NCBI GenBank assembly: GCA_002269645.1 | Contig: NIVC01000046.1 | Coordinates: 311,481-375,480, forward strand | DNA length: 64,000 bases | Origin: Macrostomum lignano | Taxonomy: Eukaryota | Direction: 5' to 3' | In this document: one piece after another, positions 1-20,300 of the stretch | How the letters are laid out: each line of letters starts with the position of its first letter | Numbering within the stretch: the stretch's first letter is position 1 | Made by a program: the position numbers and the translations under genes | Notes under the pieces: model-generated | Told to the model about the DNA's origin: nothing | The model's input: the letters and a program-made list of their open reading frames with translations, nothing else | Database searches by the model: none

Positions 1-440
1 TGTTCCAGCCAATTTCATCGGATAAACACAACTATCTATCCCAATGCGAGCCGTTATATTTCATGCTTTTTTCAAAATGATAGAAAAATGCAATTAAAGT
101 GCTTTACAGTAGAGCATTAAGTAAATTAACACTAAAACTTTGGTTAAAGTGTCAAAAAGTATTTTAACTCAATTCAATCCAGTCAAAACATGAGTTACGA
201 TTAATTTTTTTGATTTTGGATACAAGTACGGAAATTAAATCTTTGCATAAATATTGAGTAAACTGCACTCACCAGAGAAGATTAGAGTAATTTTTTAAAA
301 AAAGATTTGAAAACAGTTTTATAATCGTGCCAGCAATGAATGATTGTTAACTAATTAATGAAAAGTAGTCATGTTGAAATAAACAGTCAGAATTTCTGCC
401 GCACAGCAGCTGATCTTGTTTGAAATATCGATTGAGTCTA

Positions 441-1318
441 GGTCAAGTGGGTCAGGGATCGGGTGGGTCAGGGGTCAAGTGAGTCAGGGATCGAGTGGGT
501 CAGGGATCGAGTGGGTCAGGGATCAAGTGGGTCAGGGATCAAGTGGGTCAGGGATCGAGTGGGTCAGGGATCGAGTGGGTCAAGGATCAAGTGGGTCAGG
601 GGTCAAGTGGGTCAGGGGTCAAGTGGGTCAGGGATCAAGTGGGTCAGGGGTCAAGTGGGTCAGGGGTCAAGTGGGTCGGGATCAAGTGGGTCAGGGATCA
701 AGTGGATCAGGGATCAAGAGGGTCAGGGATCAAGAGGGTCAGTCAGGGATCAAGAGGGTCAGGGATCAAGTGGGTCATTCAGGGATCAAGAGGGTCAGGG
801 ATCAAGAGGGTCAGGGATCAAGAGGGTCAGGGATCAAGAGTATCAGTCAGGGATCAAGTGGGTCAGTCAGGGATCAAGAGGGTCAGGGATCAAGAGGGTC
901 AGGGATCAAGAGGATCAGTCAGGGATCAAGTGGGTCAGTCAGGGATCAAGTGGGTCAGGGATCAAGTGGGTCAGGGATCAAGTGGGTCAGGGGTCAAGTG
1001 GGTCAGGGATCAAGTGGGTTCGGGATCAAGTGGGTCAGGGATCAAGTGGATCAGGGATCAAGAGGGTCAGTCAGGGATCAAGAGGGTCAGGGATCAAGTG
1101 GGTCATTCAGGAATCAAGTGGGTCAGTCAGGGATCAAGAGGGTCAGGGATCAAGAGGGTCAGGGATCAAGAGGGTCAGGGATCAAGAGGGTCAGGGATCA
1201 AGAGGATCAGTCAGGGATCAAGAGGGTCAGGGATCAAGAGTATCAGTCAGGGATCAAGTGGGTCAGTCAGGGATCAAGTGGGTCAGGGATCAAGTGGGTC
1301 AGGGATCAAGTGGGTCAA
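441..1318. repeat. G-rich minisatellite, ~16-bp unit GGGTCAGGGATCAAG(T/A)
   Basis: Direct tandem reiteration; explains the three overlapping GQGSSGSGIK ORFs at 416-1404. Confidence 0.95.
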
Positions 1319-1558
1319 AGATCTTTGAATCAAAGTCGCCAGTAACAATTATGCTTTTTACGAGCATGCAATTCAGTAAAAACCGAGTCAATAAACGAGC
1401 GTAACTACCAGTGGCCGAGGAAGATAGGAGAGCAATGACCTCAGTGATATCAGCCATAAAAATCTGCCCCATACCGGCTTCGGCAGAAACCAAACTATCA
1501 GTAAATAATAACTCTTTGCTGCATTAGTTTTGGTTGGTTTAAAGTGAATTTGAGGTCA

Positions 1559-10440
<8,882 letters not shown>

Positions 10441-13164
10441 TCTGTCTGCTGATTGATTTACTATTAAAAAAGACTTTGATTTGAAATCGCAGAAATGGAA
10501 AAAATTACAATAAAATATTTCAGACATTACCAGAGAAATAACCTTCTTATTATATAAGGCCAACTAGTAACTACTAAATCCATAATTTTCTCTTAATGTT
10601 GTCATATTTTAAACAGTAATTTTTACAAGTATCTAAACATATTTCTGTTAGGACTAAACGCGTAACAGATTCAAAATTAATATGCAAAGGAAAATTAGAG
10701 TTGAAATCTATCAATAGCTTATTTTAGCTTTGCTTCTGAATGGATGGTTTTAAAATTTCATAGAAAAATCTAGACATTTGTTCTTTCAAAAAGGAAAAAA
10801 ATGCAGAAATCTTTTTTAACCTGAATCCAGAAGAGCTTTTAGTTAGGATTTTTCTTATTATTAATATGTATAAAAATGCATTTTTTACTAAAGCTGAATG
10901 CTTCGCTCGTGTCTAACACTGTGTGTCTAAAATTGAGGAAAGCGGTCAGTACCAACTGGGCATGTCGGCATAAACAGGTATTTCTGGCAATTCTAAATGT
11001 TGAGGAAGCGCGACTACGCTATAATAAAATCTAATTAACGTACTAGTAAGTCTTCATTCAAACTATAAAGCAATATGTTCGAAAGCCTAATAACTGCCTT
11101 TATTTAACAATAACAACTTTAGTGAATTCACCAGTAATTTGATTTAATGGGTAGACTCCAAGCAGAGCACATTTTCAAAGGATCTATTGTTTCCACGAAA
11201 ACTCTTTGAAATATCGCGCTCTGCAGACTGCGGTGAAGATTGTTTTACTTATTTAAAAGCAAACTGAGCATTTATATTTATTTTAGCATGTAGTACAGTG
11301 CAGCCATTTTTTCTTTCTAGTGGCTCAAAAACTTTATGAGCAACCGTCTTTATTTTAAGTATATTATGTTTTTGGCTAGTACCTATGTATTAGTAATATT
11401 GCAATATGACAATTATTTAGACAGTGGTTTTTATCGCTCCGTCTAAGTGGGAGTGGCGGCTATGTTAAAAAAGCGCAAAAGGACTTTTTGTTTTAAAAAT
11501 AGAACATATTATCATTATGCCAGCTAAACTACTTGCTATCGAGTATATCATATTCGATATGCTTCCAAGTGTTACCTTGGCTTTTTCCTAGTGCTGGTGC
11601 TATTTTATCATATCAATATTGTTATCATTAAAATCTTTTTAATTAATATTTCTGTTAATGCTTAAAATCTAGGGTCTAGAGATCTAGAGATCTAGAGATC
11701 TAGAGAGATCTAGAGATCTAGAGTCTATTTTCTAATGCTTAAAATCAAATAAATAGCTATTATAAAATTGTTTTGCATTATAGTATTAATGATCAGACTT
11801 ATGTTTTATTAATTGAAATCTATTTAATATAAAAACTTATTCCATAAATAGCTAATAAAATTTATGGATTAATGTAGACATTTAAATCTCTTTTTAAATA
11901 CTAATTTCTTAGAAAATGTAGGTAATCTTTAGCCTATCAAGATTAGGATAAGATTGGTTAAGAAATAATATTAAGATATTAACAAATTATATTGTTTGAT
12001 TTTCTGTTTGAAATTGAAACTTTTAGTAACAATTTAATGCTAAAATTTACTTAGTTATTTAAGCAATTGACCATCTTTTACCTTCATTGTAATATTTTCA
12101 TTAAGGTTTTCATTTTACTTTATTTTCTTAAATATCCTATCTTAATGCCAGGAGAAAAATTTTTCTCAATTCAATAAAAATCTCTGTAAAAGTTTCTTGA
12201 ACTATAAGCAATTTCAAGCATATTGTATATAGCTCTGAAAAGGCGAATTGTTATTTATCTCATTGATACCTAAGCATGACAAGAATGTTTTATGCATAGG
12301 CCTATATAAATTAATGGTTAAATAGGGTATATATGCCTTAAAATCTCTCAGCCCTTCTGTATTTTAGCTAGAGGACCCCACTTCGATGCCCATGTTTTTT
12401 GGGCTCATTACTAATGATAATAATTACAGGAAGGATGCTGGGACACCCTGGTGCAATGCATTTGGCGACATTGTCTCACAACCAGAGCGCTGAGGCAATT
12501 CCGATGCATGCACTCGCTCACAGAGGGTGTGCAGCAGCCCTTTGACTTTTCAGAACCGTGTCACCTCTTTGGGCCAAGTTATCATGCACGAGTCCCAAAT
12601 TAATGTAGCCACCCTGCACAAAATCAAAACATGGCGTCGTATGTGGCGCGAGTTCTTGAGACAGCCACAGTTTGCTTGCATGTGTGCCGTCCCGCCTGAG
12701 CCACTGAAAGGAAGGGTTGGTTATAACGAGAAACGATGATTTATTAATGTTGCATAAAATCAGGAGAACTGGGCGCGCGTGCTGCAGCAAGTTGTTTTTA
12801 GGCTAACCTACCCAGCTATAGCAGAGCAAATATTAGAATTCAAGGCTGCCTTGGAGAGTGTCCAGAATCAGATTAAAAGAAGTATTGAGGACAAGTTGCT
12901 ATGCAAACACATGTTCCCTGTGTCTCCCTATGGCCTGCTTTACTTCTATGCATTATCAGTGTAGACATATGCAAACTGTCTTGTATTACTAATCAGTCCC
13001 GTGTTGTATTACTAATTGCCATATGATCGATATAGGCATCTGTGTAGCCGTATGCGTATTAAATTTGAGCCCCAACCCGATCTATTGAGCCTATTGATAA
13101 GATATTTGCTTTCACTAATTATACTTGGACGATTTCTGCTGGATGAAGAGAGGTCTGTATCTTG

Positions 13165-13350
13165 ACTCATGGAGGCTTAGAACCACGACTTGAAGGCCGG
13201 GGGTTCGATTCCCGATCCCACTAAAACAATTTGTGTCCTTGTGCAAAACACTTAACTCTGCATTGCTTCAGTCCACCCAGCTGTAAAATGGGTGCCAGCA
13301 TTAGCTGGGGTAATTGAGGGTGTGTCTGGCGACCCCCCAGTCCTTGGAGA
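13165..13350 (+). mobile_element. tRNA-derived CORE-type SINE remnant
   Basis: Pol III B-box GGGTTCGATTCCC at 13201-13213. It is followed by TTGTGTCCTTGTGCAAAACACTTAACTCTGCATTGCTTCAGTCCACCCAGCTGTAAAATGGG (13231-13292), which aligns by eye with the MIR/CORE consensus TGTGTGACCTTGGGCAAGTCACTTAAC...CTCAGTTTCCTCATCTGTAAAATGGG. Confidence 0.7.
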
Positions 13351-13744
13351 GTCGGCGCAATTGGCAGAATTCAAGATTGAAGTTGTTGAAGATTTTATCA
13401 AAACCAATTTCAGATTTCAGGGATTCAGCAGTCTTATTCAACTTCAATCGATTCCTTAATTCAGTGTTGCAAAGGGAGAGCTTGTTTTGACAAGATTTAA
13501 ATTCATCAATTGAGGCTTTTTGTCCTTGTGAATTTATCTAGCAAATCTCATTGTAATCAGCCTTTTGTCTCTGTAGTAATTATAATCACCCAGATTTAAA
13601 TGCAGCCTTTTTATAATTTTACCTTTGTATCTGGTAATTAAAATCTGTACTCGTTATTGGAGAAGCAGTTTCTCCTGATTCCTGATTGTTTTTTTTTTGT
13701 TTTGATAAGATATTTGATGAGTCTGTTTTGACTGGGTCAGATTA

Positions 13745-14335
13745 GCTATCCATTCTAATTATTACTAAAATTATTATTATAAGCGATAGATTAGCAATCC
13801 ACTATAATTATTAGTAGGATGATTATATAAGCGATAGATTAGCAATCCATTCCAACTATTAGTAGTATTATTATTATAAGCGATAGGTTAGCAATCCACT
13901 ATAATTATTAGTAGGATGATTATATAAGCGATAGATTAGCAATCCATTCCAACTATTAGTAGTATTATTATTATAAGCGATAGGTTAGCAATCCACTATA
14001 ATTATTAGTAGGATTATTATTATAAGCGATAGATTAGCAATCCACTATAATTATTAGTAGGATGATTATATAAGCGATAGATTAGCAATCCATTCTAATT
14101 ATTAGTAGTATTATTATTATAAGCGATAGATTAGCAATCCATTCTAATTATTAGTAAGATTTATTATAAGCGATAGATTAGCAATCCATTCTAATTATTA
14201 GTAGTATTATTAATATAAGCGATAGATTAGCAATCCATTCTAACTATTAGTAGGATTATTAATATAGGCGGTAGATTAGCAATCCATTCTAATTATTGGT
14301 AGGATTATTATTATAAGCAATAGATAAGCAATCCA
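13745..14335. repeat. AT-rich minisatellite, ~48-bp unit, just upstream of the tubby start
   Basis: About 12 copies of TATAAGCGATAGATTAGCAATCCA(C/T)T...ATTATTAGTAG. Confidence 0.92.
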
Positions 14336-14393
14336 CTCCCTCAAATCCGAACTCAAAGAGCTGCCCAGCAACAGCAAATCCCAGATCAGTGAG

Positions 14394-17300
14394 ATGTCAG
14401 ACCCCCAGCTGAGGCAGCAGCTCAATCAGCGCCAGCTCGACCTGGCCCAGCAGAAAGCACAGAAACGTATCGCAATGTCTACAGCAGTTGTTCAGCGCAA
14501 CAGCTCCGCTGCCAGCATGCAGGGCTCTCGCCCCGGCAGCGCCACGGCTGGCAAAGAGAACGAAAGGTCGCCTCTGCTATTGCCGATTCTGGGCCTGAAT
14601 TCTGGAGAGCGGGCTTCCCACTTTGGTGAGTAGTTTTGTTTTGTTTTGTTTTACTCCTTACCATTTTTTCTTCTCTTTGTCTTCAGTTCACTTTCCTGTT
14701 GCTGTAATCTTCCTAGGCCTTATCCTCCATTAGGTTTCTCTAATCCCCCTTTTAGATATCCTTAATCCCCTGTTCGATATCCCTAATCCCCTTTTCGATA
14801 TTCCTAATCCCGTATTCGATATCCCTAATCCCCGGTTCGATATCCCTAACCCTCTATTCGATATCCCTAATCCCCTGTTCGATATCCCTAATCCCCTTTT
14901 CGATATTCCTAATCCCGTATTCGATATCCCTAATCCCCTTTTCGATATTCCTAATCCCGTATTCGATATCCCTAATCCCCGGTTCGATATCCCTAACCCT
15001 CTATTCGATATCCCTAATCCCCTGTTCGATATCCCTAATCCCCTGTTCGATATCCCTAATCCCCTGTTCGATATCCCTAATCCCCTGTTCGATATCCCTA
15101 ATCCCCTGTTCGATATCCCTTATCCCTCAATTCTTTTGCATCCATCTCTCTAACCCCCCTTCCTAATCTTTCTAATCCCCTTTCTCTTCCCTCCAGTCCC
15201 GTTTCACCATCTCTATAATCCGATTTCCCCATCTCTCTAATCCCCTTTTCCCATCTCTCTAATCCCCTTTCCCCATATTTTCTAATCCCCTTTCCTCACC
15301 ACTTCAACACAGTTTCCCTCATTCCCTATATCCTCGTTAATTAAATCTCTCTGATCCCAATTTCCTATCCGAGCCATCAGCAGTGATTACGCAATTAGAA
15401 AACTAAACTTCCCAAATCCCCATTATCGCCTTCCAGCCTACGACGGTCCCCAAGCATTTCAAAATCCTGACGGTCCATCGCCAACGCACCAACTGGAAGC
15501 CGTGGCAGCGAAAATGAGTTCACTGGAGCTGTCCACCAGCCCCAATGCAGCTTCCTGCTCAAACAGCGTCATCAACAAGCCAGCACTTAGCGGTGCTGAC
15601 AGCAACTTTAACAGTCCGCAGCATCGAATGCTCAGCAGCTCAAATGCTAGCAGTGCGAATGGAACTCCGAGAAGTGTGAGCTCACTTTAATAATTGCCTG
15701 TCCGTGTACTCCGGTAGGGGCATTATGCAAAGCTCGAATCTTCACACAAACTTGAAACTCCATGAATTCGAATATTCACTGATTAGATTATTCACAAACT
15801 CAAATATGCAAACTTAAATATTCACAAACTTCACTAACTCGACTATTCACAAACTTGACTATTCACAAATTCGATTTCACAAAGTCGACTATTCACAAAC
15901 TCGACTATTCACAAACTACTATTCACAAACTCGACTATTCACAAACTTGACTATTCACAAATTCGATTTCACAAAGTCGACTATTCACAAACTCGACTAT
16001 TCACAAACTCGACTATTCACAAACTCGACTATTCGCAAATTCGACTATTCACGAATTCGACTATTCACAAACTTGACTATTCACAAATTTGGACTATTCA
16101 CAAACTTGACTATTCACAAATTTGACTATTCACAAACTTGACTATTCACAAACTTGACTATTCACAAATTCGACTATTCACAAATTCGACGCTTAACAAA
16201 TTTGACTATTCACAAACTTGACTATTCACAAATTCGACTATTCACAAATTCGACGCTTAACAAATTTGACTATTCACAAACTTGACTATTCACAAACTTG
16301 ACTATTCACAAATTCGACTATTCACAAACTCGACTATTCACAAATTTGACTATTCACGAATTCGACTATTCACAAACTTGACTATTCACAAATTCGAATA
16401 TTCACAAATTCGACTATTCACAAACTTGACTATTCACAAATTTGACTATTCACGAATTCGACTATTCACAAACTTGACTATTCACAAATTTGACTATTCA
16501 CAAATTTGACTATTCACAAATTCGACTATTCACAGATGTGACTATTCACAAATTTGACTATTCACGAATTCGACTATTCACAAATTCGACTATTCACAAA
16601 TTCGACTATTCACGAATTCGACTATTCACAAATTTGACTATTCACAAACTTGACTATTCACAAATTCGACTATTCACGAATTCGACTATTCACAAATTTG
16701 ACTATTCACAAACTTGACTATTCACAAACTTGACTATTCACAAATTTGACTATTCACAAACTTGACTATTCACAAACTTGACTATTCACAAATTTTACTA
16801 TTCACAAACTTGACTATTAACAAATTCGACTATTCACAAACTTGACTATTAACAAATTCGACTATTCACAAACTTGACTATTCACAAATTTGACTATTCA
16901 GAAACTTGACTATTCACAAATTCGACTATTCACAAATTCGACTATTCACAAATTCGATTTCACAAATTCGACTATTCACAAACTCAACTATTCACAAATT
17001 CGACTATTCACAAATTCGAATCTTCACAATTCAAAACTTCACAAGCCCGAATCTAAGATTGCATGTATAGAATGCTTAAAGTTTTTTGTTTCAACATTTG
17101 TAGCAGCTCTTGTTTTATCTGCTTGACTGCATGAATGACTATCTAGAATTTCGATAGTGAAAAATGAATGTATTTTGTTATATTGGAGTTGAAAATCATT
17201 ATTTAGATTTAGTTCCTCTATTAGTGCTTCTTGTGTTTATATTGATTTATGCTTGTGTGTAAATATTTCACTGGCTAAGTTTGTTAGTTACTTGATTTTG

Positions 17301-20300
17301 GGTCAGGGTTGGGTTTAGTGGGTCAGCATTGGGTGTAGTGGGTCAGGGTCGGGTGTAGTGGGACAGGGTCGGGTGTAGTGGGTCAGGGTCGGGTGTAGTG
17401 GGTCAGGGTCGGGTGTAGTGGGTCAGGGTCGGGTGTAGGGGGTCAGGGTCGGGTGTAGGGGGTCAGGGTCGGGTGTAGGGGGTCAGGGTCGGGTGTAGTG
17501 GGTCAGGGTCGGGTGTAGTGGGTCAGGGTCGGGTGTAGTGGGTCAGGGTCGGGTCTAGTGGGTCAGGGTCGGGTGTAGTGGGTCAGGGTCGGGTGTAGTG
17601 GGTCAGGGTCGGGTCTAGTGGGTCAGGGTCGGGTGTAGTGGGTCAGGGTCGGGTGTAGGGGGTCAGGGTCGGGTGTATGGGGTTAGGGTCGGGTGTAGGG
17701 GGTCAGGGTCGGGTGTAGTGGGTCAGGGTCGAGTGTACTGGGTCAGGGTCGGGTGTAGTGGGTCAGGGTCGGGTGTAGTGGGTCAGGGTCGGGTGTAGTG
17801 GGTCAGGGTCGGGTGTAGGGGGTCAGGGTCGGGTGTAGGGGGTCAGGGTCGGGTGTAGTGGGTCAGGGTCGAGTGTAGTGGGTCAGGGTCGGGTGTAGGG
17901 GGTCAGAGTCGGGTGTAGTGGGTCAGGGTCGGGTGTAGGGGGTCAGGGTCGGGTGCAGTTGGTCAGGGTCGGGTGTAGTGGGTCAGGGTCGGGTGTAGTG
18001 GGTCAGAGTCGGGTGTAGTGGGACAGGGTCGGGTGTAGTGGATCAGGGGTACCAGTAAATTTTGAGGTCAATGTTGTGATTCAATTAGCGTACGAACCAT
18101 TTTAGTCAATGAATTCAATAAACGGAACGCTTCATAAACAGACTTTCATTTCTTACAAAACTTAAAAGCATGAGCAGTCATCGGTGCGGCAGAGGAGAAT
18201 GCCGGTGAGTGAGTCGGGCAATCTGGCCAAGATGGCGCACATGAGACGCTGCAAGTTAAAAACTTCCACCCGTGCGGATTTTCTGCGCGAGCAGCAGTTG
18301 CTGGAGGTGAATGCTGAAAATAGAGTGCCAGGCAAGACAAAATGGATTGTTGTGCAGCAGCGGGATCAGCAGAGTGAGCAGCATGAGCAGCAGAATGAGC
18401 GACAAAATGAGCAGCAGAAGCAGCAAAATGAGCAACAAGAGCAGCAGAATGAGCAGCAGAAGCAGGAAGAGCAACTGAATGAGCAGCAGAAGCAGGAAGA
18501 GCAACTGAATGAGCAGCAGAATGAGCAGCAGAAGCAGCAAGAGCAACTGAATGAGCAGCAGAATGAGCAGCAGAAGCAGCAAGAGCAACTGAATGAGCAG
18601 CAGAAGCAGCAAGAGCAGCAGAATGAGCAGCAGAAGCAGCAAAATGAGCAACAAGAGCAGCAGAAGCAGCAAAATGAGCAACAAGAGCAGCAGAAGCAGC
18701 AAAATGAGCAACAAGAGCAGCAGAATGAGCAGCAGAATGTGCAGCAGAAGCAGCAAAAGCAACCGAATGAGCAGCAGAAGCAGCAAGAGCAGCAGAATGA
18801 GCAGCAGAAGCAGCAAGAGCAACTAAATGAGCAGCAGAAGCAGCAAGAGCAGCAGAATGAGCAAAAAAATGAACAGCAGAAGCAAAAGCAGCAAGAGCAG
18901 CAGCAGAAGCAGCACAACCAGCACTAAAAGCAGTAGAATGGGCGGTAGGAGCAGCAAAATAAATATATCAACTAAATTTTAAGCATTTTTGGGCGAAAGA
19001 GAAGAGAAGTAGAATGAAAGAGAATGAGCAGGGAGAAGAGAGGTAGATAAGAGATAAGAGAGGTATATAGTTATAGAAGAGAGGTAGGTGGCAAAAAATG
19101 GCAGAAGCAGCAAAGCAGCAGAATGAGCATCAGAGCAGCAAAAACAACAAAGCAGCAAAAGCAGCAGAATGAGCACCAGGAGCAGCAAAAGCAGCAGAAT
19201 GAGCACCAGAAGCATCAAAAGCAGCAGAAACGGCAAAAGCAGCAGACTGAGCATCAGGAGCAGCAAAAATGGCAAAAGCAGCAAAGCAGCAGAATGAGCA
19301 TCAAAAGCCGCAAAAAACAAAAGCAGCAAAAACGGCAGAATGAGCATCAGAGCAGCAAAAATGGCAAAAGCAGCAGACTGAGCATCAGGAGCAGCAAAAA
19401 TGGCAAAAGCAGCAGACTGAGCATCAGGAGCAGCAAAAACAGCAAAAGCAGCAAAAGCAGCAGAATGAGCATCAAAAGCAGCAAAAACGGCAAAAGCAGC
19501 AGACTGAGCATCAGGAGCAGCAAAAATGGCAAAAGCAGCAGACTGAGCATCAGGAGCAGCAAAAACAGCAAAAGCAGCAAAAGCAGCAGAATGAGCATCA
19601 GAGCAGCAAAAATGGCAAAAGCAGCAAAAGCAGCAGAATTAGCATCAGAGCAGCAAAAACGGCAAAAGCAGCAGAATGAGCACCAGGAGCAGCAAAATGA
19701 ACAGCAGAATAAGCACCGGGAGCAGCAGGAGCAGCTAAAGGAAGCAAAACAAAAGCAGCAGTAGCAGCCGCCCAATGAGCTGCGCAATCGCACCTAAGCT
19801 GGCTCACAAGAGACGCCGCAAGCTGAAGACGTCCACCACGGCAGAAAAAACCGCTCCCAGCAGCTGTTGGAGCTGCACAATGAAGATGCAGCGGTAGTGA
19901 ACGATGCCAGCAATATTGAGGTCTCTTCCTAGTTGATGTCTTTGTGCTACTTTACTCTGATTTTTTAATCGCGCGCACAGACTACCTTCTGCTTTCCTCA
20001 CGTCGCTAAATAAGGTGTCGTGTTTAACTTTTTAACTTGAAACTTTTGCTTTCGTGGAGTTTCTTTTCATTTTTATATAGTAACTAAAATAGCCCAAGTT
20101 TAGTGGTGTTCCGGGTCGTCGCCATGAATTTTATGGTGGGGGGACAAAGCAATGAATTTTACATGTACATGTACATGACTAAATTTCTACATGTACATGT
20201 TTTGAAAATCGGTGTTGTCAGCGCTCATTATAGCGCCGCAGGTACTCAGTTTAGCGCCGCAGGCAGTCAATTTAGCGCCGCAATTAGTCAATTTAGCGCC

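Noticed and set aside
416-1404. Three 277-313 aa G/S/Q-rich ORFs
   Set aside because: These are translations of a 16-bp minisatellite open in all three frames; no unique coding flanks.
14745-15310. Interstitial telomere (CCCTAA within the unit; also TTAGGG at 28790-29065)
   Set aside because: The hexamer is embedded singly in longer units, never tandem; not a telomeric tract.
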